Assembly: GCA_964455555.1 (NCBI GenBank)
Contig: CAYVXV010000002.1
Span: 67,677 to 131,676 of the forward strand
Direction of reading: 5' to 3'
DNA length: 64,000 nt
From: an uncultured Pseudomonadales bacterium
Lineage (GTDB): Bacteria > Patescibacteriota > Microgenomatia > UBA1400 > PJMF01
This document shows, piece by piece, positions 1 to 11,132 of the stretch. Both the position numbers and the translations under genes were made by a program. Within the stretch, counting starts at the first letter, position 1. Each line of letters begins with the position of its first letter. The notes beneath the pieces were generated by a model, which saw only the letters and a program-made list of their open reading frames with translations, searched no databases and was not told the origin of the DNA.

Positions 1-804
1 GCAAAAAGTGATTCGTCTTACAACTTTGCTCTACTCAAAGACCTAGTTGCGATGGTTTTGAATAAAATTGCTAACTCAATCTTTCCACAATTGCCATTAT
101 TAAGCCTAGTTATTGTTTTATCTACATTTTACGTTATCGCTAAAAGAGCTAGGAGCGAAGTTGTATTGTTTCTAACCACTATATTAACAGCTCCTTTTTG
201 GTTGCTGGCAATTCAGCCAAGAGATACCTACTACACCCTGTTTGGCTTAGGGATGGTGATTTACATAGCTTTTGTTATCAGTTTAACTTTCTTAAAGAAG
301 AGCTGGAGAATTATACTTAGCGCTGCTTTTCTAGCAATCTTTGCTGCTTCAAACATTATCCAACTAAATGCTTACAGAAAGGACAATTTGCATTCCTTTG
401 CTATTCAAGCGGATACGATGCTAAGAGACCAATTGGAGTTGCTAGATAAAACATATGAATTAGCCAATGGCCAGCCTTTTACAATTTCTAGTTTTACCAA
501 TCCATACCTTTACAATACGACTTGGTCATTTCTTTACGGTTGGTATGGCAAAAACAACTATGGATACACCCCAAAGTTTGTGGGATCTGATCAGTCAGGT
601 ATCTATGGAGGTGAATTGCTTGAGGCTGCCGGCAACACTGGTGCTATTCACTTTTCTATTATTGAACCAAGCGCCGGAATTGCCGATGTATTTTTGACTG
701 ATTTTATTAGTTCTCAAGAGGAGTTGTCGGGGCAGGCTAAAGACAGCTTCGTGTTTGGCGGCATTACCCTAGTATATAGAGATAATTCGGAACCTGAAGA
801 CTAA
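1..804 (+). CDS. Polytopic membrane glycosyltransferase (GT-C/ArnT-PMT-like), C-terminal part; 5' end lies outside the window
   Basis: Frame is open from base 1 (GCA AAA AGT...) through the ATG at 52. Several TM helices are followed by a soluble C-terminal domain, as in the neighbouring GT-C paralogs. Confidence 0.6.
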   Translation, partial: AKSDSSYNFALLKDLVAMVLNKIANSIFPQLPLLSLVIVLSTFYVIAKRARSEVVLFLTTILTAPFWLLAIQPRDTYYTLFGLGMVIYIAFVISLTFLKKSWRIILSAAFLAIFAASNIIQLNAYRKDNLHSFAIQADTMLRDQLELLDKTYELANGQPFTISSFTNPYLYNTTWSFLYGWYGKNNYGYTPKFVGSDQSGIYGGELLEAAGNTGAIHFSIIEPSAGIADVFLTDFISSQEELSGQAKDSFVFGGITLVYRDNSEPED

Positions 805-2510
805 TCTTTGCAGACTCTGTTTTCCATATAAAGCGCTGCATCATATGCATAAACATATGTATGGACATCGTTCGTTGCCTTGCCCTGATAAAGAATTTTT
901 GCTCCATCTATTGATTCATTTGTCACATAGACAGAGGGTAAGCCTGCTATTATACCCTTGCAGCCTTGGTTTTCTATTGAGGTTTTATAGGCAGTGATTT
1001 GATCGAGTTCGACGGTATGTCTAAAATTTGCACCATCGGCAGAATCCAAGACAGCCAATTCTTGATATAATTCAGGATCCATATCGGTGTAAAAAGCATA
1101 AAACATCAGCGGGTCGGAATAAAATGGTTTAAGATTTACAAGCGTCTCCTCAGGTAGCGTCTGAAGATACTGATGAAGCTCGGGCAAGTAGGATTGATAC
1201 CGGTACTCGTTTTGAACAACATGAACACCAAAATACTCTGTGAAATAGATGAAAGAGTAACCGATGACAAACAAACTGATTGCTCCATAAAAGAGGTTTT
1301 TGTGGAGTGACTTATCAAGATATGTGCTCACAACTCTAATACCATAAATTATCGTTAGAAGTACAAAAGGAAAGAAGGCGGAAATTCGCACCTTTTGAGG
1401 TTCGCCAACAAGTGCAGCTGGTATTGGAGCGAGAAGAAGGCCGGCGATGATAACGGATTTTGCCGTCAGTGAAAGATTTTTATCTTTACGAAGTATTAGC
1501 GCTGCTAGTCCTAAAATAAAGAAGGGATATAGGACAGGGAAGAATTGCCCAAATCCGTTCACAGTCAAAAAGTCGTTGTCTGTCTCACCAATGCTGACTA
1601 AAAAATCCGGTGAAAAGCTCATCAAATACCTCTTGGATAGCTCTCTAAATATATGAACCGGCTTGTTAGCTGCGAGATAACACACTGAAGCAGGAAACTG
1701 CATGCTGCAGAAGGCTCTCTTTTCATCAATAACCAGAGAAACAGCAGGATCTGATGTAATGCCAACCTGGTCAAACCGAGTATTATTTACACCTACAATA
1801 TTTGGACTAAACAGAGGAAGTACTGTTATGGCAAAGGCTGCAAAAAATATAAGATTGGTTTTTTTTAATTTTGCCCTAAGATACAAGGTTGCTGCGACAG
1901 CTAAAATAATTACGATAGTAATCGGACGATAGGCTATGTAGCTGTACCAGGTTAAGCCAAAGGATATTCCAGCAAGAATCCTCCAGATAGGGCGATCACT
2001 CTTTAACATTTTGAAAATAAGTGCTAATCCCAAGGTAAAGAAAAGAAGTGCGAGATTGGATTCAAACCCAAAGCGGCTTAGAAAAAAAGGCCAGGGGCTT
2101 ACAGCTGTAATAAAAGCGCCTAAAAGTGCTAGTTTGCGGCCGAATTCAAGTTCTAGAAACAACCAATAAACAGCAATTATAAGCAGTGTTCCGGCTATTA
2201 AGGAAGGGATACGGATAGCTAGCAAAGAAAGCCCAAAAACTGCTACAGAAGGCATATCCAGGTAGGCCATAGCGGGCAGCTTCTCATCACCAAAACCTTC
2301 AAAAACTAGTGGCCACTTGTTGCCATGTTCATCAGCCCCTGTTTCAAGCAAAGACTTTGCCAGATAACCAAAGTGCAGCTCATCTATTAAAGCCCCCTTT
2401 GGTGCTGAATCTATTTTCCAAGCCCTAAGCAAAAAACCGAGCAAAACTATTAATAATATTGCTAAAACTGGTATATATCTTTTAAGTCGGGAGAAAATAT
2501 TTGAAAGCAT
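801..2510 (-). CDS. ArnT/PMT-family (GT-C) glycosyltransferase
   Basis: TM1 is followed by PKGALIDELHFGY...TGADEHG...PLVFEGFGDEK. Also has SPW..LSR..FE, more than 10 TM segments and a Cys-containing C-terminal domain. Confidence 0.85.
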   Translation of the reverse strand: MLSNIFSRLKRYIPVLAILLIVLLGFLLRAWKIDSAPKGALIDELHFGYLAKSLLETGADEHGNKWPLVFEGFGDEKLPAMAYLDMPSVAVFGLSLLAIRIPSLIAGTLLIIAVYWLFLELEFGRKLALLGAFITAVSPWPFFLSRFGFESNLALLFFTLGLALIFKMLKSDRPIWRILAGISFGLTWYSYIAYRPITIVIILAVAATLYLRAKLKKTNLIFFAAFAITVLPLFSPNIVGVNNTRFDQVGITSDPAVSLVIDEKRAFCSMQFPASVCYLAANKPVHIFRELSKRYLMSFSPDFLVSIGETDNDFLTVNGFGQFFPVLYPFFILGLAALILRKDKNLSLTAKSVIIAGLLLAPIPAALVGEPQKVRISAFFPFVLLTIIYGIRVVSTYLDKSLHKNLFYGAISLFVIGYSFIYFTEYFGVHVVQNEYRYQSYLPELHQYLQTLPEETLVNLKPFYSDPLMFYAFYTDMDPELYQELAVLDSADGANFRHTVELDQITAYKTSIENQGCKGIIAGLPSVYVTNESIDGAKILYQGKATNDVHTYVYAYDAALYMENRVCKD

Positions 2511-2516
2511 TTTTAA

Positions 2517-2522
2517 ATTATA
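2517..2522 (-). promoter_or_regulatory. -10 box of a probable leaderless promoter
   Basis: TATAAT 6 nt before ATG 2510. Confidence 0.55.
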
Positions 2523-2524
2523 AC

Positions 2525-4324
2525 TTACTTTGTAAAGAAGGTTTGGCAGAATTGGACATCTGAGAGTTTTTCCACAGACAATCTATTTTCTTTTAAATTA
2601 GAATATTCAGGTAGATCAAGTCCAGAGCAGAATCGGTCATTAAATATCCTGAAACGAGTTCCGCTATCCACCAGTGATTTTATTTCTACAACAGAACCAT
2701 TAAATTCCGGAGTGTCACAGGGCAGATTGAAAAAATCGATAGCTACGATTGTGTCATCCCTGATATCTCCCCATTCCTTTGGGCATGATTCGATAATTCT
2801 GATTCTGCCATTATCTATCAGCCTATCTCTGGATTTAGCAGCCTGATTCATAGCTTCTTGGCTGTCAACTTTTACTAGCTGATTATATGTTTGAATATAA
2901 TCAAAGGTAGAATCTGTTCTATCTGTAACTAGTATAAACGGCCGGTCACTCTCGCGAAGCACGTAGTTGGCCAGCACTCGTTCTGAAAATCCGGGATGGA
3001 CTGTTTGAGTAATAGGATATCTATAAAAATAGATATAGAATAAGGGTGCAGTCAGGATAGTATAAACTGCCAATACTAATAGCCCATACTTCATGCCTAA
3101 TTTCTTGAGTACGTAGCCCAGTGCCACTCCTATCATTAACACAAGGCCAAGAAAAGAAAAAGCTCCTCTAAAGGTAATCCATACTTCCCCATTTCTAATC
3201 ACGTTTGTTACTGTGCCAGCGAGGGTTATACCGATAATGAAAAGAGCGCCTACCCTATATTTGGCACTTTGGGTGGCAACGAAAGCAAAGAATGAAAAAA
3301 TCACAAAAATATCAACCCAGTGAAAAAATCCATGATCGACAACAGAGAAGGTATCTATTCTAGCATTTCCGCTGAGGAACAACCTCTCAGGATTAAACGA
3401 CTTAAGCAGCCTCTCTACAATTATTTCTGAATATGCAGTAACTTTATTGCTGAAAACCTGATTTAAAGGCGAGTCGAAAGACAATCTTCTTTTTTCATCC
3501 ACTGTTCTCTCTATAACATCCTGACCGACAATTGTAATCTCATTTGACCGTACGACGGCCGTGATAGAGTTTAACCGATACATGTAGGCTGCTGACAACA
3601 ATGCAGCTAAAAGCACAATAATAAGAGATGGAACATTTGCTTTTAAAGAGGTTAGGAATTTTTGAACGACTGATTGGGTATTTATAATTCTAACATCATT
3701 AAAATAATGATTAAGAAAAATTGCTAAGAAAACAACAGTTGCGAGTGGTAAGAGTATCGGCTTGTGGCCTTGATACTGCATGAACCCCCAAAAGAAAGGT
3801 AAAAAAGCCAAGAGTTTCTTATAACCTTTTAAATGAAGCATTAATGTAATGCCAAGCAGATAGAAAAACACACTGAAAAGAGAATCAAAAGCAGTCCTGG
3901 AAAACTGAAAGATCCAAGGATTTAGTGTGGCGGCCAGGCCAACAGTTAATAAATACTCTTTTTTCTTGAAAAAATAAAAGGCGATTAGTGCCATTAAAAC
4001 CGGCACCAAACTACCAAGTATGACTGGAACAATCTTGTGAGCCAACACTGGTTGGTTGGGAAATAACAATAATCCGGGCACCAATGTGGTACTGGTTAAT
4101 TCGGTGTACATTCCGTCTGAAGGTGCGAAATACCAAGGGCGCCAATTGCCCGCAAGATTAGTTCCGTACTCTAGAATATGCTGAGCCTCGGCTGCATAGA
4201 TAATTTCATCATAGGTAGCTCCCGCTGGTATGGAATCGATTTTGTACCACTTTAAGGTCAAGTTGACCAAGAAAATGATTAGTACCAGAGTTAGTAACTT
4301 GTGTTCTCGCAGCCATTTGTTCAT
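2525..4324 (-). CDS. ArnT/PMT-family (GT-C) glycosyltransferase
   Basis: PAGATYDEIIY loop motif, NPW..QFSRTAFD, multi-TM. Start moved from the track's 4348 to the in-frame ATG at 4324, which clears the upstream stop. Confidence 0.8.
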   Translation of the reverse strand: MNKWLREHKLLTLVLIIFLVNLTLKWYKIDSIPAGATYDEIIYAAEAQHILEYGTNLAGNWRPWYFAPSDGMYTELTSTTLVPGLLLFPNQPVLAHKIVPVILGSLVPVLMALIAFYFFKKKEYLLTVGLAATLNPWIFQFSRTAFDSLFSVFFYLLGITLMLHLKGYKKLLAFLPFFWGFMQYQGHKPILLPLATVVFLAIFLNHYFNDVRIINTQSVVQKFLTSLKANVPSLIIVLLAALLSAAYMYRLNSITAVVRSNEITIVGQDVIERTVDEKRRLSFDSPLNQVFSNKVTAYSEIIVERLLKSFNPERLFLSGNARIDTFSVVDHGFFHWVDIFVIFSFFAFVATQSAKYRVGALFIIGITLAGTVTNVIRNGEVWITFRGAFSFLGLVLMIGVALGYVLKKLGMKYGLLVLAVYTILTAPLFYIYFYRYPITQTVHPGFSERVLANYVLRESDRPFILVTDRTDSTFDYIQTYNQLVKVDSQEAMNQAAKSRDRLIDNGRIRIIESCPKEWGDIRDDTIVAIDFFNLPCDTPEFNGSVVEIKSLVDSGTRFRIFNDRFCSGLDLPEYSNLKENRLSVEKLSDVQFCQTFFTK

Positions 4325-4332
4325 AACACTAT

Positions 4333-5772
4333 CTAATAACTTAACCAATATACTTTCCAGGGAGAACTTGGAATCTCATATAACTCTCTAAGTTTTGCCT
4401 CCTTAAATGCCTGCATAGAAAATGATTGATCATCTCTTACAGTATCATAATCACTGGTTGAGACAACAAATAAATGCTCGGAGACATCATATTCACTCGG
4501 TGCCCTCAAACCTGCCCCATTCATCCTTACAACGTCACGGTAGGTTTCTGCCAGCGGACCACGGTCTGGGCTAGAGAGCGCGGCTACATTGGCATTATTT
4601 AGTTGATTTGTCTTAATAGTCTGCTCAATGTAATCGGCCGCCTTGGTAAATGAATAAAGGTCGGGATGAATTTTAGTGACGGTGAGCTGCCCCCAAATAC
4701 TCAACAAAGACCCCAGCACTAGTAGGGCAAGCACTGTGCTTGCTATCAGCTGAGCAATTTTCTCTTTTCTTGAAAAGACCAACCAGACCAATAAAAAGCC
4801 TAATGCAGGATAAACATATCGGTCTTCAAAGTCAGTAAAAAAAATTCCACCAGTTAATAAGGTTATTACAGGTGTTAGCCAAACAAGGTGCTTATAAGAT
4901 CTGTGTTTGATATCTAAGGCTGCAAGTAGGATAACTGCTGCTCCAACGAGATATTGCAGCGGTTTCTGGATAACAATCGTTTGAATGAATACAACAGCGT
5001 TTCTGTAAAGGTTGGGAAATATGTCTGCCAGCGATAGGTCCGATTCAACATGAGGCGTATTTCCTCCTAGTAAATATCTGGTTATAAATAATCCGGGGGG
5101 ATGACGCAGATCAAAAAGAAGAAAAGGCAAAAATGGCAGAGAATACCCCAGGAGTAATAAAAGCGCTTGTGTGAGGTTTTTAGATTTATATTCCAAAAAG
5201 GCAATAATCAACACAAAAGGCGTGGTCGCTAAGAATGCTAAATAATGATGATGAAAAAGCAGACCTAGAAAAATACCAGTTAAAAGTAACCCCCATCCCT
5301 TAAGTTGACTTCGATAAAAAAATGATAATAATCCAAGCGAGGCCCAAAGCATAACAAAATGAGGGTTCCACGCCCATCTACTCATTTCAACCAACGGATA
5401 CCATAAGATGATTAGTACTGCCGCCAAAAATGTTTGTTTGGGGTTAATTTTATTTGCTAAAATCAATAGTAAGAAAGCTGTAATTATTCCCCAAAAGGCA
5501 GTGCCATAAACAGGGCCCATGGGGGTAAAATTCACGGCTGCTGCAAAGGGCATCACCATGTAATAGGTAAGAGAACTGAAGACCTTATCTCCTTCGCTGG
5601 AAATAGGCCCGACTAAAGAAATCTTGCGTTCTGAGAAATACTGCTCCATTCTTGCTAGGTCGCTTGATTCGTCTCTGGTAAAGCGTGCAGTGTGGTCCAG
5701 GTTGTAAAGTCTAGTAATCAACACTAAAACTACAAACAACGTGAGACAGAAGATATTTGTTTTAGACAACAT
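4333..5772 (-). CDS. ArnT/PMT-like (GT-C) glycosyltransferase
   Basis: RFTRDESSDL loop, LVGP, SRWAWNP motif, multi-TM with a C-terminal soluble domain. Confidence 0.8.
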   Translation of the reverse strand: MLSKTNIFCLTLFVVLVLITRLYNLDHTARFTRDESSDLARMEQYFSERKISLVGPISSEGDKVFSSLTYYMVMPFAAAVNFTPMGPVYGTAFWGIITAFLLLILANKINPKQTFLAAVLIILWYPLVEMSRWAWNPHFVMLWASLGLLSFFYRSQLKGWGLLLTGIFLGLLFHHHYLAFLATTPFVLIIAFLEYKSKNLTQALLLLLGYSLPFLPFLLFDLRHPPGLFITRYLLGGNTPHVESDLSLADIFPNLYRNAVVFIQTIVIQKPLQYLVGAAVILLAALDIKHRSYKHLVWLTPVITLLTGGIFFTDFEDRYVYPALGFLLVWLVFSRKEKIAQLIASTVLALLVLGSLLSIWGQLTVTKIHPDLYSFTKAADYIEQTIKTNQLNNANVAALSSPDRGPLAETYRDVVRMNGAGLRAPSEYDVSEHLFVVSTSDYDTVRDDQSFSMQAFKEAKLRELYEIPSSPWKVYWLSY

Positions 5773-5823
5773 AGCAAAATTATTTTACAGCATTTTCTAG
5801 TTGGCCGGATAGGCTTTATTTAT

Positions 5824-7482
5824 CTAGTTCTTGAGCAACACAAATCCTGGTGTTTCTCCATCATCAAAATATGTTTGCTCAACTACCGTAAGATTTTTTG
5901 GCCTTTCCTCACGGCAATCTGCCGGAGCGACATATAGGGTTGATTCAGTATAGTTCGGCAAGAGACACCGCTCTTGATTAAAGTTGAACTTGCCAATAGA
6001 GTATTCTGCTTGATATCTGGCCAGTGGCTTATTTTGAACCTCTTGGATGCTTATAAGACCTACTTGCCACAGGTATATATACATTTCCCTTAAATCACTG
6101 GTAACCACAGCGCGCTCGTAATCCGCTTGATACTCTGCTATAACGGGAGCCACAATCTCATAGTTTCTGCTTCTGGTTGTAGAATTCAGCTTTGGCATAA
6201 CTACAAAAAACTGCTGAGAAAAGTAACCTATACTCCAGGTGTATCCAAATATTAGGGCTGCAACCGCTCCAAAGAGCAAATACTTATTAGATTTTTTTAT
6301 CAGTTCTAATAACCTCTGTAGTCCCAAAGTAACAAAAATTATCATTGGAATAATCAAAGTGAATGACCTAATGCTACTCGGAATCTCCTCATTAGTCATA
6401 GCAGCAGGAATCGGCGATAATAAAATCAAAAACCCACAGAGAATAGCTAGACCTCTATAGCTTCTTTTGAAAACTAGTTGATAAATACCAAGTGGAATAA
6501 CTGCTAATTCAATAAGATAGAACAAACCATGATAAGGTACAGCGAATCTTTTTGTAGCTCCTCCTAGTGTAAAGAAGAAATTCAGGTCAAAATGAGCCAA
6601 ATAGTTTCTAGCAAAATATTGCAGGTACATTACCGGCTTGTTATAAAAACTTCGCAGTAACAGCAACGGTGTTTCACCCGTACTTTTTGTGGTCATCTCG
6701 TGAATCAGGGCTTTGGGTAAGTCATCACTTATCAGGCCAATAGCTGAAAATCTAACCATAGCCCCACCAGCTGTTAACGCAAATAAAAGCGTTGTTGTCC
6801 CGAAAATAACGAGATGACGCCTTATCTGCTGCGATTCTTTATACCTGGAAATAGCAAGACAAAAGTTGAAAAAATAAAAACCCATCAAAACTATTTTTGC
6901 CGCGTGATAGCTATACATAGCAAGTCCGGCAGTCAGTGAAAAGAGCAAAAGATTCTTAATAGTGATCTTTTTTGACTCTATAAGATGTTTAAAGGCGATT
7001 AAATTTCCAAGAATAAAAAATAAGCTTAGTATCACCTCTTGAGTCGCTCTCGAATTCATGATGTGCCAAGGCGAAATGGCAAATAGCAGCATGCCCAGCA
7101 AGGCCAACCAACGCTTCCCTGTGTACTTATGAAGGAACAAATAAAAGAGTGCTATTGAACCTGTTCCAATTAAAACAGAGGGAAGCCTTGAAGTTGCTGT
7201 GCTCATGCCGAACAAAGCGAAAGAAACAGCTTGCAAATATGAGTAAAGAGCAGGTTTTCCATCTATTAACGAATGCAGATAAAGAGGAAATCGTCTGCCG
7301 TCTTCATCCATGCCTGTTTCAAGAATTGCAGCACTATTGATATAAAATGAGGCCTCATCAGATTGCAGGCCTCGGGGAATCGTTTCCAGGTTAACGACCC
7401 TTATTAGAAAGGCAAAAACAAGGATTGAGCCAAATGCTAGTTTAAATAATAAATTATCGCTATCTTTCAATAATCTTTTCAT
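5824..7482 (-). CDS. ArnT/PMT-family (GT-C) glycosyltransferase
   Basis: PRGLQSDEASF...TGMDEDG..FPLY...DGKPAL, SPWHIMNSR and YSYHAAK. Paralog of 801-2510 and 9477-11132. Confidence 0.85.
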   Translation of the reverse strand: MKRLLKDSDNLLFKLAFGSILVFAFLIRVVNLETIPRGLQSDEASFYINSAAILETGMDEDGRRFPLYLHSLIDGKPALYSYLQAVSFALFGMSTATSRLPSVLIGTGSIALFYLFLHKYTGKRWLALLGMLLFAISPWHIMNSRATQEVILSLFFILGNLIAFKHLIESKKITIKNLLLFSLTAGLAMYSYHAAKIVLMGFYFFNFCLAISRYKESQQIRRHLVIFGTTTLLFALTAGGAMVRFSAIGLISDDLPKALIHEMTTKSTGETPLLLLRSFYNKPVMYLQYFARNYLAHFDLNFFFTLGGATKRFAVPYHGLFYLIELAVIPLGIYQLVFKRSYRGLAILCGFLILLSPIPAAMTNEEIPSSIRSFTLIIPMIIFVTLGLQRLLELIKKSNKYLLFGAVAALIFGYTWSIGYFSQQFFVVMPKLNSTTRSRNYEIVAPVIAEYQADYERAVVTSDLREMYIYLWQVGLISIQEVQNKPLARYQAEYSIGKFNFNQERCLLPNYTESTLYVAPADCREERPKNLTVVEQTYFDDGETPGFVLLKN

Positions 7483-7484
7483 TA

Positions 7485-9416
7485 TTATTCCTTAAATCTG
7501 TATAAGTTAATTCTATCAGCACGTTCGATAAATTTAATCTGTGGAGCGTCCAATTCTTTTTCGCAGATTATGTAGTCAATATTTTTATCTCCTCTAAAGC
7601 CCCGGGCATCTCCAAGTTTTTTTATTTCCTCTTCCAACCTCCTGTTTCTGTCTTTTATGTCCAAGCCTAAGATTTCAATTTGAACATCATTTGCTAGAAC
7701 TACTTTGGCACCTGTAATTCCCACAACAAGGGAGGTTCTAAAATATCTATTGTCGGCTGGACATATAGCAACCTTGTCTTCTGGCTTAATGATGCCAAGC
7801 ATAGCCAACTCGTTTGCCGATATATACTCTGATTTATCTATTTTTTCATAAGTTGTTTTGATATAGGCAGGCAGGGTAGCAATTAACAAAAGTCCTATTA
7901 TCAGAATTATCCAGGTTCGATCCCAAATGTTTTTATCTTTAAATATTTTATGAATCCCAGTCATAACAGCTGCGGCGAAGATATTTGCAAAAAATAAGGC
8001 ATAATACCAAAATTGAATCGTATTCCACGGAATCCCTTTTTGAATAAACAATAAAGGAAACAGAGAAGAACCAATAAAACCAATAATTACGAAATAATAA
8101 ACAATATTGAACTTGAGACGTTTTAAAATTAGAAATACCGGCAGCAAAAACATTATTGCCCTAGTACCTAAATTTCCAGAATAGAATATTAATAGCTCTT
8201 TGGCTCGAATATAGAGCAGTTGACCCAAATAACCCTTGTCTCGATAATGATCCTTCAGAAATTTCCAGCGGATGTTGTTTACCCGATCCGGAGATTCAAT
8301 CATCGTGTCAAGGTACCAAAGAGGCTTATAACTCAGCATGCCGGTCTTAAAGCCAGTTATTAACCATATGAATGGTGCTGAAATCAACAATAACACAGCA
8401 CCATAAATAAAAACTCTCAGGTTCTTTTTTAAGACTAGCTCTGCCAATAAGTATGCACCATAAAGTAGTCCCAAAACAACAAAGCTATAACTCTTAAAAC
8501 CCAGGCTTGAGCTAAGAATAAGAATGATTAACAAATGAACATAAAGAGCTTTTTGCTGGTTTTTTAAGCCGAAGGCCTTATGCAGCAAAATAAGAATTAG
8601 AGCTACCAAAGACAATGAATAGATCATTTGGGGATTTACCATCATGGCAAAAGTCTGGCTGACCCAAAAACTAGATTCTCCCCAAGTATTTCCTCGAATA
8701 AAAAAAGGAATTAAATAAGCAAAGCTACCGCCAAAAAAGGTAAAGAAAATCAGGTAAGCACCCATAACTTTCGATTTAAAAGCCTGTCCGAGTGCTGTTA
8801 GGCTTCCAGCCAAAAGAGCGGTTAATATCAAAGGAAAAAACTGAAAATAAAGCCTGAATATATCTAGTTTAAATGTACTGTGAAGTGAGGCAATCAACAG
8901 GTCGTAGAAATAGTGGTAATTAGTGACGGTCAAAGAATAGTCGGAAGGGTGCTCAGGAGGGATAGATACGGTGAGTTTTTTTATCAGCGCTATGTGCCAA
9001 ATACTATCATGCAGCTGTCCAGCCTGGACAGTAATGCCTCCCCCAACAGGTAGCCAAGAGAAAGCAATAGAAAAGTACAAACTCAGAGTGGCAAATATAG
9101 CAAAAATAGTAAAATATTTATTCCTGGAGGCCTGGAAAATTAGTGACTTGAGTAACAGAATACTATTTTTAAACTCAATTAACCCTAGAGATACCATCAA
9201 TGCTGAAAAGTAATAGATGCTAGTTCCAATAAGGTGTCCGCCAAAAAATAAAACTGCCGCAGTAACTGCAAAACCGGTTATTACACTCAAGGTTAGTTTC
9301 TCTAAATTGCTTAGTTTAAGGGGCAGATTCTTAATAAACAAAAGACCGCTTGGAACAAAATGAAGATAAAGTACAATTGGTGTGATTAATAATAGTAGCA
9401 GTTGCATTGCAGCCAT
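7485..9416 (-). CDS. Polytopic membrane protein, probable GT-C glycosyltransferase
   Basis: About 13-15 TM segments, extracytoplasmic-loop motif HDSIWH...PP..P...NYHYFYD and a C-terminal soluble domain; context supports the call. Confidence 0.6.
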   Translation of the reverse strand: MAAMQLLLLLITPIVLYLHFVPSGLLFIKNLPLKLSNLEKLTLSVITGFAVTAAVLFFGGHLIGTSIYYFSALMVSLGLIEFKNSILLLKSLIFQASRNKYFTIFAIFATLSLYFSIAFSWLPVGGGITVQAGQLHDSIWHIALIKKLTVSIPPEHPSDYSLTVTNYHYFYDLLIASLHSTFKLDIFRLYFQFFPLILTALLAGSLTALGQAFKSKVMGAYLIFFTFFGGSFAYLIPFFIRGNTWGESSFWVSQTFAMMVNPQMIYSLSLVALILILLHKAFGLKNQQKALYVHLLIILILSSSLGFKSYSFVVLGLLYGAYLLAELVLKKNLRVFIYGAVLLLISAPFIWLITGFKTGMLSYKPLWYLDTMIESPDRVNNIRWKFLKDHYRDKGYLGQLLYIRAKELLIFYSGNLGTRAIMFLLPVFLILKRLKFNIVYYFVIIGFIGSSLFPLLFIQKGIPWNTIQFWYYALFFANIFAAAVMTGIHKIFKDKNIWDRTWIILIIGLLLIATLPAYIKTTYEKIDKSEYISANELAMLGIIKPEDKVAICPADNRYFRTSLVVGITGAKVVLANDVQIEILGLDIKDRNRRLEEEIKKLGDARGFRGDKNIDYIICEKELDAPQIKFIERADRINLYRFKE

Positions 9417-9476
9417 GGATTGTTTTGCAGTATAAATTAAGTATATTATAGATGCACCGCAGTTTGGCTGTACACC

Positions 9477-11132
9477 ATGAGTAACTCAGAATATTGGTTT
9501 TTTCGCTTTCTCTACAGTAAAAGGTATCTGATTACCGCTATCAGTATAGTATTTATTGCTGCACTTATCAGGTTTTATAAGCTTGGCGAGATTCCTCATG
9601 GCTTAACCTGGGATGAGACGGCCATTGGCTACAATGGCTATGCTATTCTTACGACCCGCCGGGATGAGTGGCTCAATTTCCTGCCTGTTTCCTTCAAATC
9701 CTTTGGCGATTTTAAAGCTCCTATGGCTATCTACCTAAATGGCCCGTTTACCGCAGTGGCAGGATTAACGCCTTTCGGTGTCCGCTTGCCGTTTGCTTTA
9801 TCCGGAGTAATGGCGGTGGTTGGCCTCATGCTCCTTATCAAGGAGTTGTGGAGCCATGATAAACATGCCAAATTTTTTGCCTTGGCAGCTGGGGCGATCT
9901 TAACTTTTTCTCCCTGGCACATACACTTTACCCGCACAGGCTTTGAATCAGGTCTGATGCTAACGATGGTGATATTTGGGCTGCTATTTTTAAGGCTTGG
10001 CCTTACCTCCCGTATACCGGGTAGATCCTTGCTTTTTACAGGATCGGCTTTTATTCTTTTTGCCTTTAGCTTCTATACTTATCACAGCGCAAAGGTTTCC
10101 GTACCGCTTTTGGTACCTGTTTTCCTTCTTTTTCATTGGAGATATTTAAAGGCTCACAAACTGCAATTAGCCTTCGGAATAATAGCAGGGTTACTGCTGA
10201 TGGTGCCTTTAATAAAAGACACTTTTTGGGGCGAAGGATTGGAAAGAGCCGGCGTGACAGTGTTTGCCAGGTCGGAATCTCTTACTGAAGCCATTCTTCT
10301 GACAGGTAAACAATTTCTGATTCATTTAAGCCCACGCTTTTTATTATTTGGTGAATCAACTACGATGAGGCATGGCGACGGCACCTGGGGTGTGCTATTT
10401 CTTACCACTGCATTGGGAGCTATAACAGGATTTATAGCTGCTATTAAAGGAGTTTTTAGAGCAAAAAGACACAAAAAGGCTATGAGTCAAAAAACAAAAC
10501 TTGGTATTCTTTTCTTGTTTTGGGTAGCCCTGGGCCTCCTGCCGGCAGCAATAGCAACTGAAATACCTCACAGCAACCGTAGCTTAATGGCATTGCCCGG
10601 CTTTATTGGGCTGGCAATGGTTGGCTTGGATTTTGCCGCATCAGTATTACGCCGTTCCAAACTTAATCAAACCTGGAATGGTAGTAAAGGAGAGAAAAAC
10701 CTACTAGTTAAAGCAGCTATCGGTTCAGCCGCCCTGTTTCACTTTGTGTTTTTCTTTGCTTACGCCAATCATTATCTTAATGTTTTTGCAGCTGAATCAG
10801 CAGGCGCTTTTCAGGATGGTTATCTGGAAACTCTAGAATTGGTTAAAAGCTATGAGAAAGAAGTGAGCTCTATCATCATTTCCTCTAAATATGGCCAGCC
10901 ATACATCTACACTTTGTTCGCCAAGCAGGTTAGCCCGATTGCCTACAATGGCGGTGTCCTGGTTAGTTATCTTTTTCCGGATTCAGTTTCCATTAGCGAT
11001 TTAAACAGGGAGAATTCCTTAATAGTAGCCACTGCAGAAGATGAAGTTCCGTTTAAAAAAGCCGATCATCTTGTTTACGGCAGTGATGGAGAAATTCGGT
11101 TTGCCTTATTTATCACAGATAATGCAAACTAA
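9477..11132 (+). CDS. ArnT/PMT-family (GT-C) glycosyltransferase
   Basis: PHGLTWDETAIGYNGY...RRDEW...SFGDFKAP, SPWHIHFTRTGFE, YTYHSAK, QPYIY. Confidence 0.88.
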   Translation: MSNSEYWFFRFLYSKRYLITAISIVFIAALIRFYKLGEIPHGLTWDETAIGYNGYAILTTRRDEWLNFLPVSFKSFGDFKAPMAIYLNGPFTAVAGLTPFGVRLPFALSGVMAVVGLMLLIKELWSHDKHAKFFALAAGAILTFSPWHIHFTRTGFESGLMLTMVIFGLLFLRLGLTSRIPGRSLLFTGSAFILFAFSFYTYHSAKVSVPLLVPVFLLFHWRYLKAHKLQLAFGIIAGLLLMVPLIKDTFWGEGLERAGVTVFARSESLTEAILLTGKQFLIHLSPRFLLFGESTTMRHGDGTWGVLFLTTALGAITGFIAAIKGVFRAKRHKKAMSQKTKLGILFLFWVALGLLPAAIATEIPHSNRSLMALPGFIGLAMVGLDFAASVLRRSKLNQTWNGSKGEKNLLVKAAIGSAALFHFVFFFAYANHYLNVFAAESAGAFQDGYLETLELVKSYEKEVSSIIISSKYGQPYIYTLFAKQVSPIAYNGGVLVSYLFPDSVSISDLNRENSLIVATAEDEVPFKKADHLVYGSDGEIRFALFITDNAN